From NCBI RefSeq assembly GCF_006345805.1, contig NC_042997.1, positions 70,494,001 to 70,558,000 of the forward strand: a DNA stretch of 64,000 nucleotides, read 5' to 3'. Each line of letters starts with the position of its first letter. Positions within the stretch are counted from its first letter, which is position 1. The notes under the pieces are model-generated. The model ran no database searches, was not told where the DNA came from, and was given only the letters and a program-made list of their open reading frames with translations. Below, piece after piece: positions 1 through 12,177 of this stretch. The position numbers were made by a program, and so were the translations under genes. Source of the stretch: Octopus sinensis (taxonomy: Eukaryota).

Positions 1-142
1 CAAATTGAGACCATAATAGCAGGTCCCGCATGCGAAACCCACCGCCTCAGTAACTTTTTAGACACCCTGTTAAAACCACTCCTCAAACATGTCAAAAGCT
101 ATATAAGGGACGACTTAGATATGCTCAATCACCTGCCTGCAA
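1..142 (+). mobile_element. Penelope-like element reverse transcriptase fragment (cut by window edge)
   Basis: Frame 1 reads (KLRP)IIAGPACETHRLSNFLDTLLKPLLKHVKSYIRDDLDMLNHLP, matching the PLE RT N-terminal 'RPI..G.....LS..L..LLKP.....SYI.D' pattern. Confidence 0.7.
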
Positions 143-903
143 ACACACGCACACAAGCATTATATATGAACACAAATATACACGCCCGCTTTCATATTAC
201 GAAAAGGAAAGGGGTATTTCTAAAGTACTGAAATATCAATATGCACAATTTCTCTAAAGCTTAAGTACAACTATATATAATGAGATGCACTCACACCTAC
301 AAAGTGGTAACCACATAAATACACCTAGCACGCTGTGGTGATTTTCTTTGTGTTTGTGACAATTTATTGAATTTACGATGAATATATTTATATCTGATTT
401 CTTATTCAAATATATTTCGAAGACAACATAGATTAGAAGTTATATAAACGCAACAGCACGCCATTGACATGACGTCAATCACCTGAAACTCATGTTATAG
501 AGACAGACAAGAATATTAAGGCAAGGAGTCGGCATACGATAACCACAGAATAAAGTAGTTAAATACTGATAATCATCTGGGGTCCTAACAAAAAAGTCGC
601 TTGAAAGAGGTCAAGCAATTGTCGAAGTAAAAGATTTTGAAATTGAATTAGTGTGAGGCAATGAAACTTAAAATTGTATTAATATTAAAAGGTAACATAA
701 TGTAACAGTTGAAGAACAGCTTAAATTTTATAACCGGGCTCTTATTTCTTTATCACAATATTTTGAACTTCCGCCCTGATTATACGTTGTATCCTAATTT
801 AAACTTTTCATTTGCTCTGTTATTTTATTTCTCCTCTGGTTGTCATTTTGTAATTCTTCACCATTTTTATCCAGTTCGGTATGTTTGTCATGAAGACAAT
901 TGG

Positions 904-963
<60 letters not shown>

Positions 964-1089
964 CGTGTGTGTGCGTGTGCGCGCGCGCGTGTGTGTGTGT
1001 GTGTATCTTTCTAATTACGCTGTTCGATTCACTTAACTTTCAATGTATAATCCTAAAACTACATTTTATATATTACACTAATTTCATTC

Positions 1090-1708
1090 TCTGATAATTA
1101 GTCTTATCCTTCTAAAATACTCGTTCCTTTACCCGCACTTTCCATAAAATTTACCCGCACTTTAAATAGTCTCTGTAATTCAATAGCTAGGTCCTACTAC
1201 TTAGCTATTTTTTTTTGTACCTCTCATATAAATGTTTTCATCATTTCATAATTGACTGTAGGGTCAATTATCTGGCACTTTCTATTCTCTTTATCCACTA
1301 CTACCCAATCAGGCCTTCTAACTGCTATTACTCTCTCAGTCTGAATGTTAAAGTTCCACAGCATCTTGTATTTCTTACTTTCTTGTATTTTACTAAGTTT
1401 ATGTGTATACCAATTATCAATATGTTCAAATCCTAGCTTTCTACATAGCTCCCAGTGGATTACTCTCCCTAGATTGTCATGTCTTTCCTTGCATTCTTTG
1501 TGTACCAGCATTGTAAAATCACTTACTATATGAATAACTCTTTCCTCTATTGATTTTGCATAAACTACATTGGGAATCAACTTGGTTTTTGACTATCTTG
1601 GTTTTTATCCAATTAGACCTTAAAGCTTGTTCTTGTGCAGCTACTGACAAACTACTATTTGCAGCAACTATCTTTGGGAATCTTCCATGCAACGCTTTCT
1701 CTTGCCAG
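1090..1708 (-). mobile_element. R4/Dong-type non-LTR retrotransposon fragment (CCHC knuckle and RLE endonuclease region), degenerate
   Basis: Minus strand: WQEKALHG...AAQEQAL...HIVS...RHDNLGRVIHWELC...LWNFNIQTERVI..RRPD...IID...DLAIELQRL; same motifs as the C-terminus of the element at 20542-24520. Confidence 0.8.
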
Positions 1709-1710
1709 TC

Positions 1711-1712
1711 AG

Positions 1713-1754
<42 letters not shown>

Positions 1755-1766
1755 TAATAATAATAA

Positions 1767-1804
<38 letters not shown>

Positions 1805-1812
1805 TAGTAGTA

Positions 1813-1854
<42 letters not shown>
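1711..1854. repeat. Compound (AAT)n-(AGT)n-(AAT)n microsatellite
   Basis: Read directly from sequence. Confidence 0.95.
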
Positions 1855-3127
1855 TGGTCAACAGCATACTTTCAAATGAGTTCCAAGGTACTGTAGAGGA
1901 AATCCGACAAAACAAGCTGCAATGGAATCATTTCACTTAAAAAAACAGAACATCACTATCACTATAGACTGCTGGTGAAGGTAGAACCAATATTACCTGT
2001 CCCCTATCTCCCCACGTAGCATATCGATACTGTCAGTGAATTACGTAAAAGTGTGCTGAAGGGAGCCGGCCTGCTTAGAAACAAAACTACTTGTTATCAA
2101 AAGTTAGATATAGTAACCATCAAGGAGACTAGAATTTCGATGCTGCATTTAATCGCGATTATTGTGACCGAGTACTAGAAGAACAAATCCTTTGATCGGC
2201 TCTAATCAGGTGGGAAATAGTTATATTTCGAAATGGTCTGGATATTGACCACTATTTTCCGATAAAACACGGTTTATGTCCCGACTGAAGGAGAATGAGT
2301 AGACACAAATAGACGCCTAGAGGAAATTCCTGCTTGTTAGTGATTCATTGAAATAAAATCCTCTGGGAATTATGTATAAAGTGTCGGAAAATTGTTTATG
2401 CATTTTCATATGTCTGACAGAATCCATGTGGGTTATCCTGATTTTATCAGTATCGGCAAATCATATTAAGGAAGATTATTTATCAGATCAGCAGTGAGTG
2501 CAAGTGTGGCTTATAAATCTCCGATAATCGGCTAAATATCTAAACAATGTTTTCGATCTCCATAATTGTTGACTCCTCAGCTTGTGGTTTATTTCTTACA
2601 TATTCATTAAAGTTATTCCTATATTAGACTGCTAAAATGTTGCAGAAAATTACATTAAATGGCTCCGTTGAAAGAATCATCACCAGTACTTATTTTGAGC
2701 ATAGTAATTAATCCATCAGTTACATTTTGCCGAACCTGTAGTAACAGAGACAAACGAATGCCGATTGTCAAGCGGCGAGGTGGCAAGTATACAGATATAC
2801 ATACGTGCACGCATACACTCACGCAAACACACACTCACACTCAACCAGGCCTTGTATATATATCCCTATTATGTATATATATATATATATTTGCGTGTGT
2901 GTGTATGTGTGTATGCGCGTGTGTATATATTTATATATGTATGAGTGTATATATGTATGTATATATATATGAATTACGTATATGTACATGTATATATATA
3001 TATATGTATATATGTGTGTGTGTGTATATATATATAGAGGGGGAAAGAGAGACAGTGTGTGGGGGTGCGGTGGGAGACATATGCAAACATATATCTCTAT
3101 AGACATGCATATTAATATATTTTATTT

Positions 3128-3450
3128 TTTATCTTTTACTTGTTTCTGTCACTAGACTGTGATCATGCTAGGTGCGACGCCTTGAAAAGCTTATAGTGGG
3201 ATGAATGGACCCCAATACATTCTTTTAAGCCTTCTATGCAACTTATTCCATCAGTGTCTTCTCCCAAGCCACTATCTTACAAGGACTGAAACTCACCAAC
3301 ACCGATTGTCAAGTGATGATGCGGTACAAACACAGGCAGAAACAAACACACACACACTCATAATATAGATAGATAGACGACAGGCTTGAGGCTATAGTAG
3401 AAGACACCTTAGTCAAGTTGCTACGCATTTCGAATGAACCTGGAAGCATA
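3128..3450 (-). mobile_element. tRNA-derived SINE family 1, diverged and internally deleted
   Basis: Reverse complement of the tail (ttttacttgtttc.gtca...gactg...catgct) and body shared with the intact copy at 51592-51984. Confidence 0.7.
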
Positions 3451-3529
3451 TAGTGACGCCTGTGCATATATATCTATCTATCAGTCTATCTATATATGTT
3501 TGTGTTACTGTTATTCTCCTTGTCCTGTT

Positions 3530-3830
3530 TTTTACTGTTTATATTTTGTACTGTCATTACTGTCCTGTTTTTGTTACCATTTTTACCCCTCCGCAAAAAA
3601 ATCTCAAATTTTATTTAATTTGACTTTTGCGGGAAGGATTGGTTCATTAAAGTTCGCCTTGACCTTCGAAACGTGGAGTAGATGAAACAAAGGCGACTGA
3701 AGAAGGGGCATTTTCCTTGTTCCGTATGTCCTGTACTCTATTTTTTCGTTGTTTAAGAAAAATGTCCATTTCCTTGGTTTTGTGTTAATGTTTTAGTTTC
3801 TCATTGTGTTCGAGGTTTTTTTGGTGTCCT
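3530..3830. repeat. Dispersed repeat, diverged paralog of 51200-51480 (possibly a PLE terminal region)
   Basis: Shared blocks: ttttgt.ac.att..t.accc.c.gca, aaattttatt.aatttg.t.ttgcggga, tcgaaa, gact.a.ga.aa.ggg, ttccttg, tttcgttg.tt..aaaaa. Confidence 0.5.
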
Positions 3831-3968
3831 GTACCCATATATGCATGTATATATACATGTAGAGGTAGGTACATACATATATGTATGTATATATGCATAT
3901 GTTTTATTTATTTATTTATTAATTTATTATATGACGGAACGCACGCATCCATTTCTAAGTAAGATTGT

Positions 3969-4039
<71 letters not shown>

Positions 4040-4623
4040 GTATATATATTTATATACACACACACATATATAATTTTGTACACAAACGCACACGCACATA
4101 TACAAGGAGAGAGGTAACAAAAGTTGCAGAGGGTACTGATTAAGGTACTGAGTAAGGCCCCAACGTACATAGTCGGATCGGATTTTGATGTAGACCATCT
4201 TAATCCTCATCAGCGGCTCTTAACGCCTAGGGTTAAACTTAACTACCACTGTCAGTCTTATGAGATAAAGCGTTGAAAAGGTGTGATGATTTCCAAAATG
4301 GTATAAGTGTAAACATCAAATTAAAAAGGGTAGCTAACTCAAAGCCACAAACGCACTGCTTTTAATAACGTAGGTGAGTTTAACCGTAGGTGTTACGAAC
4401 CGCTGATGATGATTAAAATGGTCAAAATGTACGCTGGGGACTTATTTGCCTTTGTCAGTCACTTAAGACAGTGTGTTTGTGGCTTTGAGTTAGTTTAACT
4501 TTTATCTTTAGCAAAGATGATGCTAGTCAGTACCCTCTGTCAATTTTGCTGCATCTGTTAATTTTGCCTTTAGTTTCTAGTTGCACAGAAGCCACTCTTT
4601 TTATTTTGTTATATATGTATATA

Positions 4624-5877
4624 CAGGGGTTGGACAAAATAATGGAAGCACCTAGCATCATAATTTTGAAATATCTATAAAACCGTCAAAAGCTTTTTTG
4701 TTTTAATATTTTTTGATTTATCATTAGTGTTACTTAATATGTTTTCCTAAAATTGCTGTTTCTTTTTAGATATGATCAGAAAAAGGTAATTAAAATTCAT
4801 CAAAATCAAAGACCTACTGGACTTGCAAAGAGATCAAATTGATGGTGCTCGTATGGCAGGTGCTAGTGTAACGAAAACAGCCGAAATGTTTGGTGTATCA
4901 AGAAGTAGTCTCGAAAGTAATGACAGCCTTTCAGAAAGAGGGAAAAACCTCCTCGTCAAAACAAAACTCCGGAAGAAAACCAAAATTTTCAGATAAGGAC
5001 CGTCGGACTCTTACGCGAAGCATTAAAAAGAATCACAAAAGTACAGCTCCCGGAATTTCTGCTGAGCTTAATGATCACCTCAAGAACCCAGTTTCCACAA
5101 AAACTGTTCGCCAGGAGCTGCAAAAAGTCGGATTTCACGGGAGGGATGCAATCAGAAAACCCCTACTTTCAAAAACAAACGTTGCAAAGCATTTAGAGTG
5201 GATTAAAAACCTGCAGAACTGATCCTTAGAGCAGTGGAAGAATGTTATTTTTCCGGACGAGTAATCCTTTACCTTATTTCCGACCATCGGGCGCGTATAC
5301 GTATGGAGACAACCAAAAGAAGTATTTGACCCAGACTGCCTTCTTCCTACTGTTAAACGTGGAGGAGGATCTGTGATGATCTGGGGGGCTATATCTTGGA
5401 CATCCGAGGGTCCAATGGTTTCCGTTTATGGTAGAATTTATGGTCAAGTCTATTTAAGCATTTTATCTGATTAAATTTATCTTATGTTTGCAGAACTGCC
5501 TCCAGAGAGAAATGCAATCTTTCAGGATGATAATGCACCAATTCACACAGCTAAAGTTGTTACTGAATAGCACGAAGAACATTGTAGTGAAGTTGAACAT
5601 CTTATCTGGTCACCACAATCCTCAGATCTCAATATTATTGAACATTTATGGTGCATTTTAGAAAACAAGTACTGAGTCGATATTCTCCACCATCATCACT
5701 ATAGGTACTGTAGAAAGGGCAAAATTCCTTTGGAAATAATTCAAAGTGTGTACGAGTCCATACTTCGTAGAATTGAAGCCATACCTCGTAGAATTACTGC
5801 CAAGGGTGGTCCTATTCCATATTAAACTTATTTTGTTTGAAATTTTAAAGTGTTTCCATTATTTTGTCCAACCCCTG
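4624..5877 (+). mobile_element. Full-length Tc1-type DNA transposon (1254 bp), DD36E spacing
   Basis: 28 bp TIRs CAGGGGTTGGACAAAATAATGGAA(G/A)CAC at 4624-4651 and 5850-5877 (1 mismatch); TA on both sides; transposase between. Confidence 0.96.
4805..5825 (+). pseudogene. Tc1 transposase pseudogene (start codon lost, frameshifts, stops)
   Basis: DLQRDQIDGARMAGASVTKTA...GRKPK...RKPLL...VIFPDE...GGGSVMIWG...FQDDNAPIH...WSPQSSDLNIIEHLW. Confidence 0.92.
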
Positions 5878-6502
5878 TATATATATAATCGAAAATTATA
5901 ACATGAGTAAAAACAAAACCGCAAAAGTACACAGTGAATGTATTAGGTTAATGCACAGTTTAAGATGGAAATCATAGGGCGTGTTAAGTTTTAAGCATGA
6001 CTCTTCATCAAAAAGATGAAAGAGTAGAAGTCTGGAAAGAATAAAAAGAATAGTCCGACAATAGTCTGGAGAGAAAGAAAACAATAGCCCGAGAAATGCA
6101 TGTGTTTCGTTACGCGACAAGTTAACACGTCGTGTCCACCAAAATCTACAGGTTATTCCGCGGCCCCGGCAAATAGTAGGTGATAGTAGTGATTGGTGTT
6201 GCAACTGAACCAGAAACCATGTGGTTTCCGACCGGTTTTTTATTGCCACATTGGCGTCTCTATATTGAAAAATTATTTCAGATAAAATATAGATAATGTT
6301 CGGCTCCTCCCTTATATATTATATTTCATTGCACAATAAACATGTAAAATGTTTATGTATAAAATGTTTTGTTAAATTTTTGTATGGTGGGCGTCTGTAA
6401 CGAATAATGGAGCCATTTTTTCTTGATGTAATTCTGTTAATCAGCGCGTAACGTTAAAACAAATTTGCAAAAAGAAATATTGTAAGCCTATCAATTAGTC
6501 TT

Positions 6503-6534
<32 letters not shown>

Positions 6535-6536
6535 TA

Positions 6537-6700
6537 TAAGGCGACGAGCGGCGTTTCGTCCCTGAGATCAAAGTCGGCTGCGGTGAATTTTACTTTTCAT
6601 TTTTTTGGGTTCGATAAAATAAGTAGAAGCTGTACACTGGGGTCCATATAATCAACTTCTCCCTCCTCCGAAATTACTGGACTTCTGCCAAAATTTGAAA
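6537..6700 (+). mobile_element. SINE family 2, internally deleted, flanked by (CAT)n on both sides
   Basis: taaggcgacgagc head, then ttcat.tttt.ggg.tcgataaaataagta and ctggggtc.at.taatc.act, shared with 58768-58990 and 25629-25765. Confidence 0.65.
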
Positions 6701-6783
6701 TCATCATCATCATCACAATTATCATAGCGAAATCTAACTGGCCCACAGAATTTTAATCACTAATGTGTAATGTTTATAATGTA

Positions 6784-7280
6784 CTAGCAGTGCAGCCCGG
6801 CTTTGCTCGGGATTAAGTTAGGATTATTACGCTAATCATGCTCTTTATTTCAAAGCAAACTAAGTAACGTCGACGTCAAATTTGAGTGAAATCCGTTGAA
6901 ATTGGTAAACTTTTGGCTGAAAATTTGCAGAAAATTTGATTGGGAAATCCCATAAGGAATCGGTTTATCGATTTTTTCCACACGTCGATTGTTTTTCTTT
7001 TATTTGGTTTTTGGAGAACTTAAAGCATTCAAAGATCCCATGGGTCCTAAGTAATGCTGGCATCAAGTTTGAACAAAATACATCAAAATTGGTAGACGTT
7101 ATTGTTGAAAATGGGGTGTAGCCAATTTTAGTGGGAAGTCCTATAAGGAATCGGTTTATCGATTTTTTAAATTCTGATTAAATGGAAAACCCCATAAGGA
7201 ATCAGTTTATTGATTTTTCAGCCCAAATAGGACTTAACCAAACATTGCTGATTCAGAAACATCTATATTTATACTTTAAA
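6784..7280 (-). mobile_element. Non-autonomous Helitron-like element with internal subrepeats
   Basis: Minus-strand 3' end CTAG|T (6784-6787) with a CCCG..CGGG hairpin at 6796-6811; three copies of c.ataaggaatc.gtttat.gatttt (~6950, ~7140, ~7192). 5' end uncertain. Confidence 0.55.
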
Positions 7281-7969
7281 GTTGGTTTCATACCCGACCC
7301 AGTTCTGCAGAATCAGTGTCGCGACGGGAGCGCATGGGTTGGGCGTTTGATCGGCAGAGGTGATCAGGTTGCATATGCCAACCCTCTTGAAAACACCACC
7401 CCTATCATGTAACCCCACTTCGCTCATGGGTTGGGAACCCTTCCAGCAAGGAAAATAGAACGCCTAAAAGGGTCTCCGATTCTCTGTGCGAGAAGCGGTT
7501 ATGTTGTGATCACAACTAAGTACATATATATATATGGGCAACACACACACACACATGCACACACAGACATATACGTACATACACGTATTGCATACATGTT
7601 TTTTGCACGCCTTTACCCCTGCCCTTGTTCCACCACCACCTCCTACCCGAGTAATACCATCATTTGAAGCAAATTTGGCACCCGGACGTAAGTTTGTAAC
7701 AGGAATAGAGAAACCGACCTTCTCCCACAGCGATGTGAGTCAGATCTCTCCATTCGAAAACATGAACAGCTTCGAAACATTGTTTACAAAATAATAGCTG
7801 ATCGTTTGCGAAGGAGCGTGTCTACAGTCAACATGTAGGTCTTTTGCTCTGTTAACCTCTGCTATCCTTCATGTTCACGCACGTCCAGCTATATATCGCT
7901 ATGAGTAGAGCAATGGATTCAGCTAATTTGGAAATTAGTTGTGGAGAAAAGGAGAATATCGTTTAAATA

Positions 7970-8045
<76 letters not shown>

Positions 8046-8265
8046 GGTCAACACACGCATTGCATGCATGTGTTTTGTACGCATACATGCTCGTGTGTGT
8101 GTGTGTGTGAATGAAGCCATTCACACATACATACATAACAACACCTGTCTGTCTGTCAATCACTCACTAAAAAGAAATTTTTTAAATCTGTTATCTCTCT
8201 CTCCCTCCCTCCCTCTCTTTACACCGTCGCTAGAAGGGGACTTAACTCATGCTTTGTAAACAATA

Positions 8266-8376
8266 ATGGCGTCACTACAGTGGATTTCTCCGCCGCGAAA
8301 ATTGAAGTTATGGCTCCAAATTTATCTACCGCTATTTGCGAGTGCCTCGGGGGAAAATAATTTGACGAGAATACAG
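8266..8376 (+). CDS. Candidate first coding exon, signal-peptide-like (MASLQWISPPRKLKLWLQIYLPLFASASGENNLTRIQ)
   Basis: Pyrimidine tract plus AG acceptor at 8233; in-frame upstream stop; strong ataATGg context; CAG|GTAGGA donor; basic-hydrophobic-ASA pattern; CpG-richer than background. No downstream exons could be linked. Confidence 0.35.
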
Positions 8377-8502
8377 GTAGGATCGTGACGAATGTCCTCC
8401 TAAAATTTGAGCACCCTGCGTGCTAATTTGTGGATGTGAATAAACTACGATCACGTACACACACATACAAAAGCTGCCTTATATATACACAGATACCAAC
8501 GT

Positions 8503-8572
<70 letters not shown>

Positions 8573-9895
8573 TACAGACAGAAAGACAGACAGAGAGACA
8601 GAGACAGACAGAGAGAAGAGAAAATGCACCAAAGTGGCAAAATGCAACCAAAGAAATAAAAATGACACAAAGTATTGGGAAATTAAAGTGCAATACAATA
8701 TGAGGAACAAAAAATAATAAAACGGAACAGTAAGTTGAATTGCAAAGACGATTAGAAGAGATGAATATAAGAGAGAATTAGACGTTGGATGTTGGGTGAA
8801 AAGATACAGTCAATGTCTAACTTTACAATAATTGTTATTATTCATCAAGTTTTCATTTAGATGGTGGTTTCACATCCATCTTCTCTTATGCCAAAATACA
8901 ACCAGTTATGTTGTTGAGCCCTTTGTTAAATTTCTGGCAGATTAAATGTACAAATATATGGTATGTAGTAAGATATTTAAAGAAATACAATAAGTGAAGA
9001 AAAGTGAAAATGCAAGTAGTATGAAAAAGATCTTCAAAAGTAATACATACATTATATAAGGTTGGAAGACATTACACATGAATATATGAGTGTAAAAATA
9101 TGATCTAGCTAAAACAACGTAAACATATTTGGCGGGTTACTCAACACAGTTGACGTCTTAATTGTATAATATCTGTCTTAATTTCAATAAGTCTGCTTAG
9201 AGACGCCTTCATACCAATCCTGGAGTGAATCCGCAATTATCACACGCAAACCCAGCTAAACAGCGTTCAGTAAAACTGTCAACACAGCTGCTGTCCCAGA
9301 TTCTACATCATTTCATTTCTCTAGATGTATTTTTACTTTTTAACCATTAATATAGGTATTGGGCAAGTAATCTTCAAATTATTTAAGGAAAACAATATCG
9401 ACTATCATAGACTCTACTCTATGTAATGTCTTAGAGTTATTCTTCGTCTTTATTTTATCTTTAATTTAAATGGGGAAGTGTATTAACATAATACCGCCTC
9501 TATCAATATTTTAACTCAATGCTCATTTGTTACGAATCTTGATAATGATAAACTTGTAATGATGCTCGGAATAATAAAGATCATTTTGGCTACGTTTCAA
9601 GATTCTGTTAAGAGGGTAAATGAAACTGACGAGAAGCACAAATTGCTCTTTCAAGATCCATTGCAGCGGCGATCCTTTCAGTAAATATCAGTTCAAGTCT
9701 TCTATAGTGAAATAATCAAGTTGATATTTTTGTTGCTTAGCTATAGTTTGGTTCTGATTAAGGAGACATATGCAAAAAGTATTGTAGCCAGAAAAATCTT
9801 ATTCCATTTTTTGTTGTTTTTATTTTTCATTCCAGACATAATTTATGTGAGCAATAATAAATCTCTGAACGAGATGTAAACAGTAACCGCTCGAC

Positions 9896-10535
9896 AACGT
9901 AAAGTATACTAGCCATCTCAATATGGCTACCCACTAATGGTGGGTGTTACTGTAGCTTTTAGCCCCAGGAGATCATCGTCTCCAGCTGGCTTTAGGCACA
10001 CTTTCTGTGCACTTATGGTATTTGCAAAGGGAGGTCATCCCTCTCTCGTAAACCTAAGTGATACGCACGGACTACAGTTTCGAGGTATTTGCCTCTTGGC
10101 AACGTACGGTAATCACCAGGTTTCGATGAAGAGAGACCTGTTTGCAAATATATATTTAATGTTTTTCCCAGTAACTACTGTCACTGATTTCGAAAAACTG
10201 TCTGCAAGCAATAATAAATCTCTGAACGAGATGTAAACAGTAACTGCTCGACAACGTAAAGTACACTTTCAATGAAGAGATATTTGCAAACAGGTCTCTC
10301 TTCATCGAAAACCGGTGATTACCGTACGTTGACAAGAGACAAATACCTTGAAACTGCAGTCCGTGCGTATCACTAAGGTTTACGAGAGAGGGATGACCTC
10401 CCTTTGCAAATACCATAAGGGCACAGAAAGTGTGCCTAAAGCCAGCTGGAGACGATGATCTTCTGGGGCTAAAAGCTACAGTAACACCCACCCTTAGTGG
10501 TTAGCCACATTGGGATGGCTAGTATACTTTACGTT
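9896..10535. repeat. Long inverted repeat: arms 9896-10151 and 10280-10535, 128 bp spacer
   Basis: 256 bp arms with about 13 mismatches by manual alignment; 57 bp direct repeat 9850-9906 / 10207-10263. Confidence 0.95.
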
Positions 10536-11000
10536 ATAATTTATGTGGAACTCCATTATCCATTTTTTTTTCTAAATGGAACGATTTGCAAATGGTGCTG
10601 TGATTTGCTAAAGGGGTGCAAATATTAGTTTGCACGCATTGTACAATGAAAAATAACCTGAGAAACTTTATTTCCATTGACGACTGTTAAAACACCCTTA
10701 TAATAAGATATTTGTTGACATTTCATTCAAAATATACTGACCGAAAAAAATTTCCGATCGCATGATGAAATGCAAACACTTGACGTATGGGTTTAGAACT
10801 TTGGTGAAAGAAATTGCTACAGTTAGAGCACTTGCTTCCCTACATATGCCTGTTGTGTGTAGCACAGGTGTGACATTGCTCATCTTCCTGCGAAATGGAG
10901 AGCTGGAGAGAAATATATTCAAGGAGGATATGTGGGCATAACAAGAGCCGTGTCATACATATGTATATACATATGTATATATATATGTATATATATATAC

Positions 11001-11067
<67 letters not shown>

Positions 11068-11084
11068 ATACATGTATATATATG

Positions 11085-11118
<34 letters not shown>

Positions 11119-11851
11119 TGGGGGGCAGGTTTCTGGTAACTCGCAGCTATTCATCAACAAACATTTACCGTACATCATTATATGACTCTTTCTTTTGTGT
11201 TTATACTTTGCTATCGTTGATCACTCACTACTATTCAATGCTTTACTTTCTTAAATAAATTCTGATTCGGAAACTTATCCCCCTCCACCACTAATTTTCT
11301 TCTTCTTAATTGTGTTATATCACTCTGTTTCAAATTTTATCTTCAAACAAGATTCAACGACATGGCTATTTATTTCATATTTCTTTTAAACATTTAAGAT
11401 TTCATATAATTCTCAAAAATATTATTAAAGTCTGAAATGTTTGATTGCTTCATGTAAACCTAGCCTCATCACAGATATTGCTTCTAGGTTCCGATTATTT
11501 CCGGCCAGTCTCATTAACGGCAGAAAAAGAAACGAAAGGAAAGGAAACGTCATGCCATAAAGGCTATTTGAACAAAGAAATGAACCTTCCTGCCAACTGC
11601 AAAATAACTTTCAACGCCAAGTGCTTTTAAAGTAAAGTTATTAACATAACATATATATTCTTACACAAAACACATTCTATACAAATATATATATATATAT
11701 ATATATAATCACACACATATATATATACATACATACACCCACATGTATATACATTTCTGTATACACTATGCACATATGTGTGTGGGTGTGGGTGGGTGTT
11801 TGTGATAGTAGCAGAAACAGAGTGGCTTCCTTGCCAGCATGGGAGTGTATA

Positions 11852-11905
<54 letters not shown>

Positions 11906-12077
11906 TATATAGGTATATATATAGGCTCACACATACGAGCAGGTAGATAGATAGATATATAGATAGATAGATAGATAGATACGTTTAAGCGTGTTGATTT
12001 AATAAATGTGAATGGAAATTCGCTGTGTAAATACAGACAGTCAGAACGGATTTTATATAATAGATATATTATTTTGT

Positions 12078-12119
<42 letters not shown>

Positions 12120-12145
12120 CTGTACGTGTTGTGTGTGTGTGTGTA

Positions 12146-12177
<32 letters not shown>

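Noticed and set aside
465-480. TGACGTCA (CRE) palindromes here and near 14745, 55320 and 55623
   Set aside because: Isolated 8-mers with no supporting promoter evidence.
3660-3730. ccttcGAAAcg...CTGAAGAagg, suggesting a type II hammerhead
   Set aside because: Stems I and III and the UH site could not be formed, and the paralog at ~51330 does not conserve the core.
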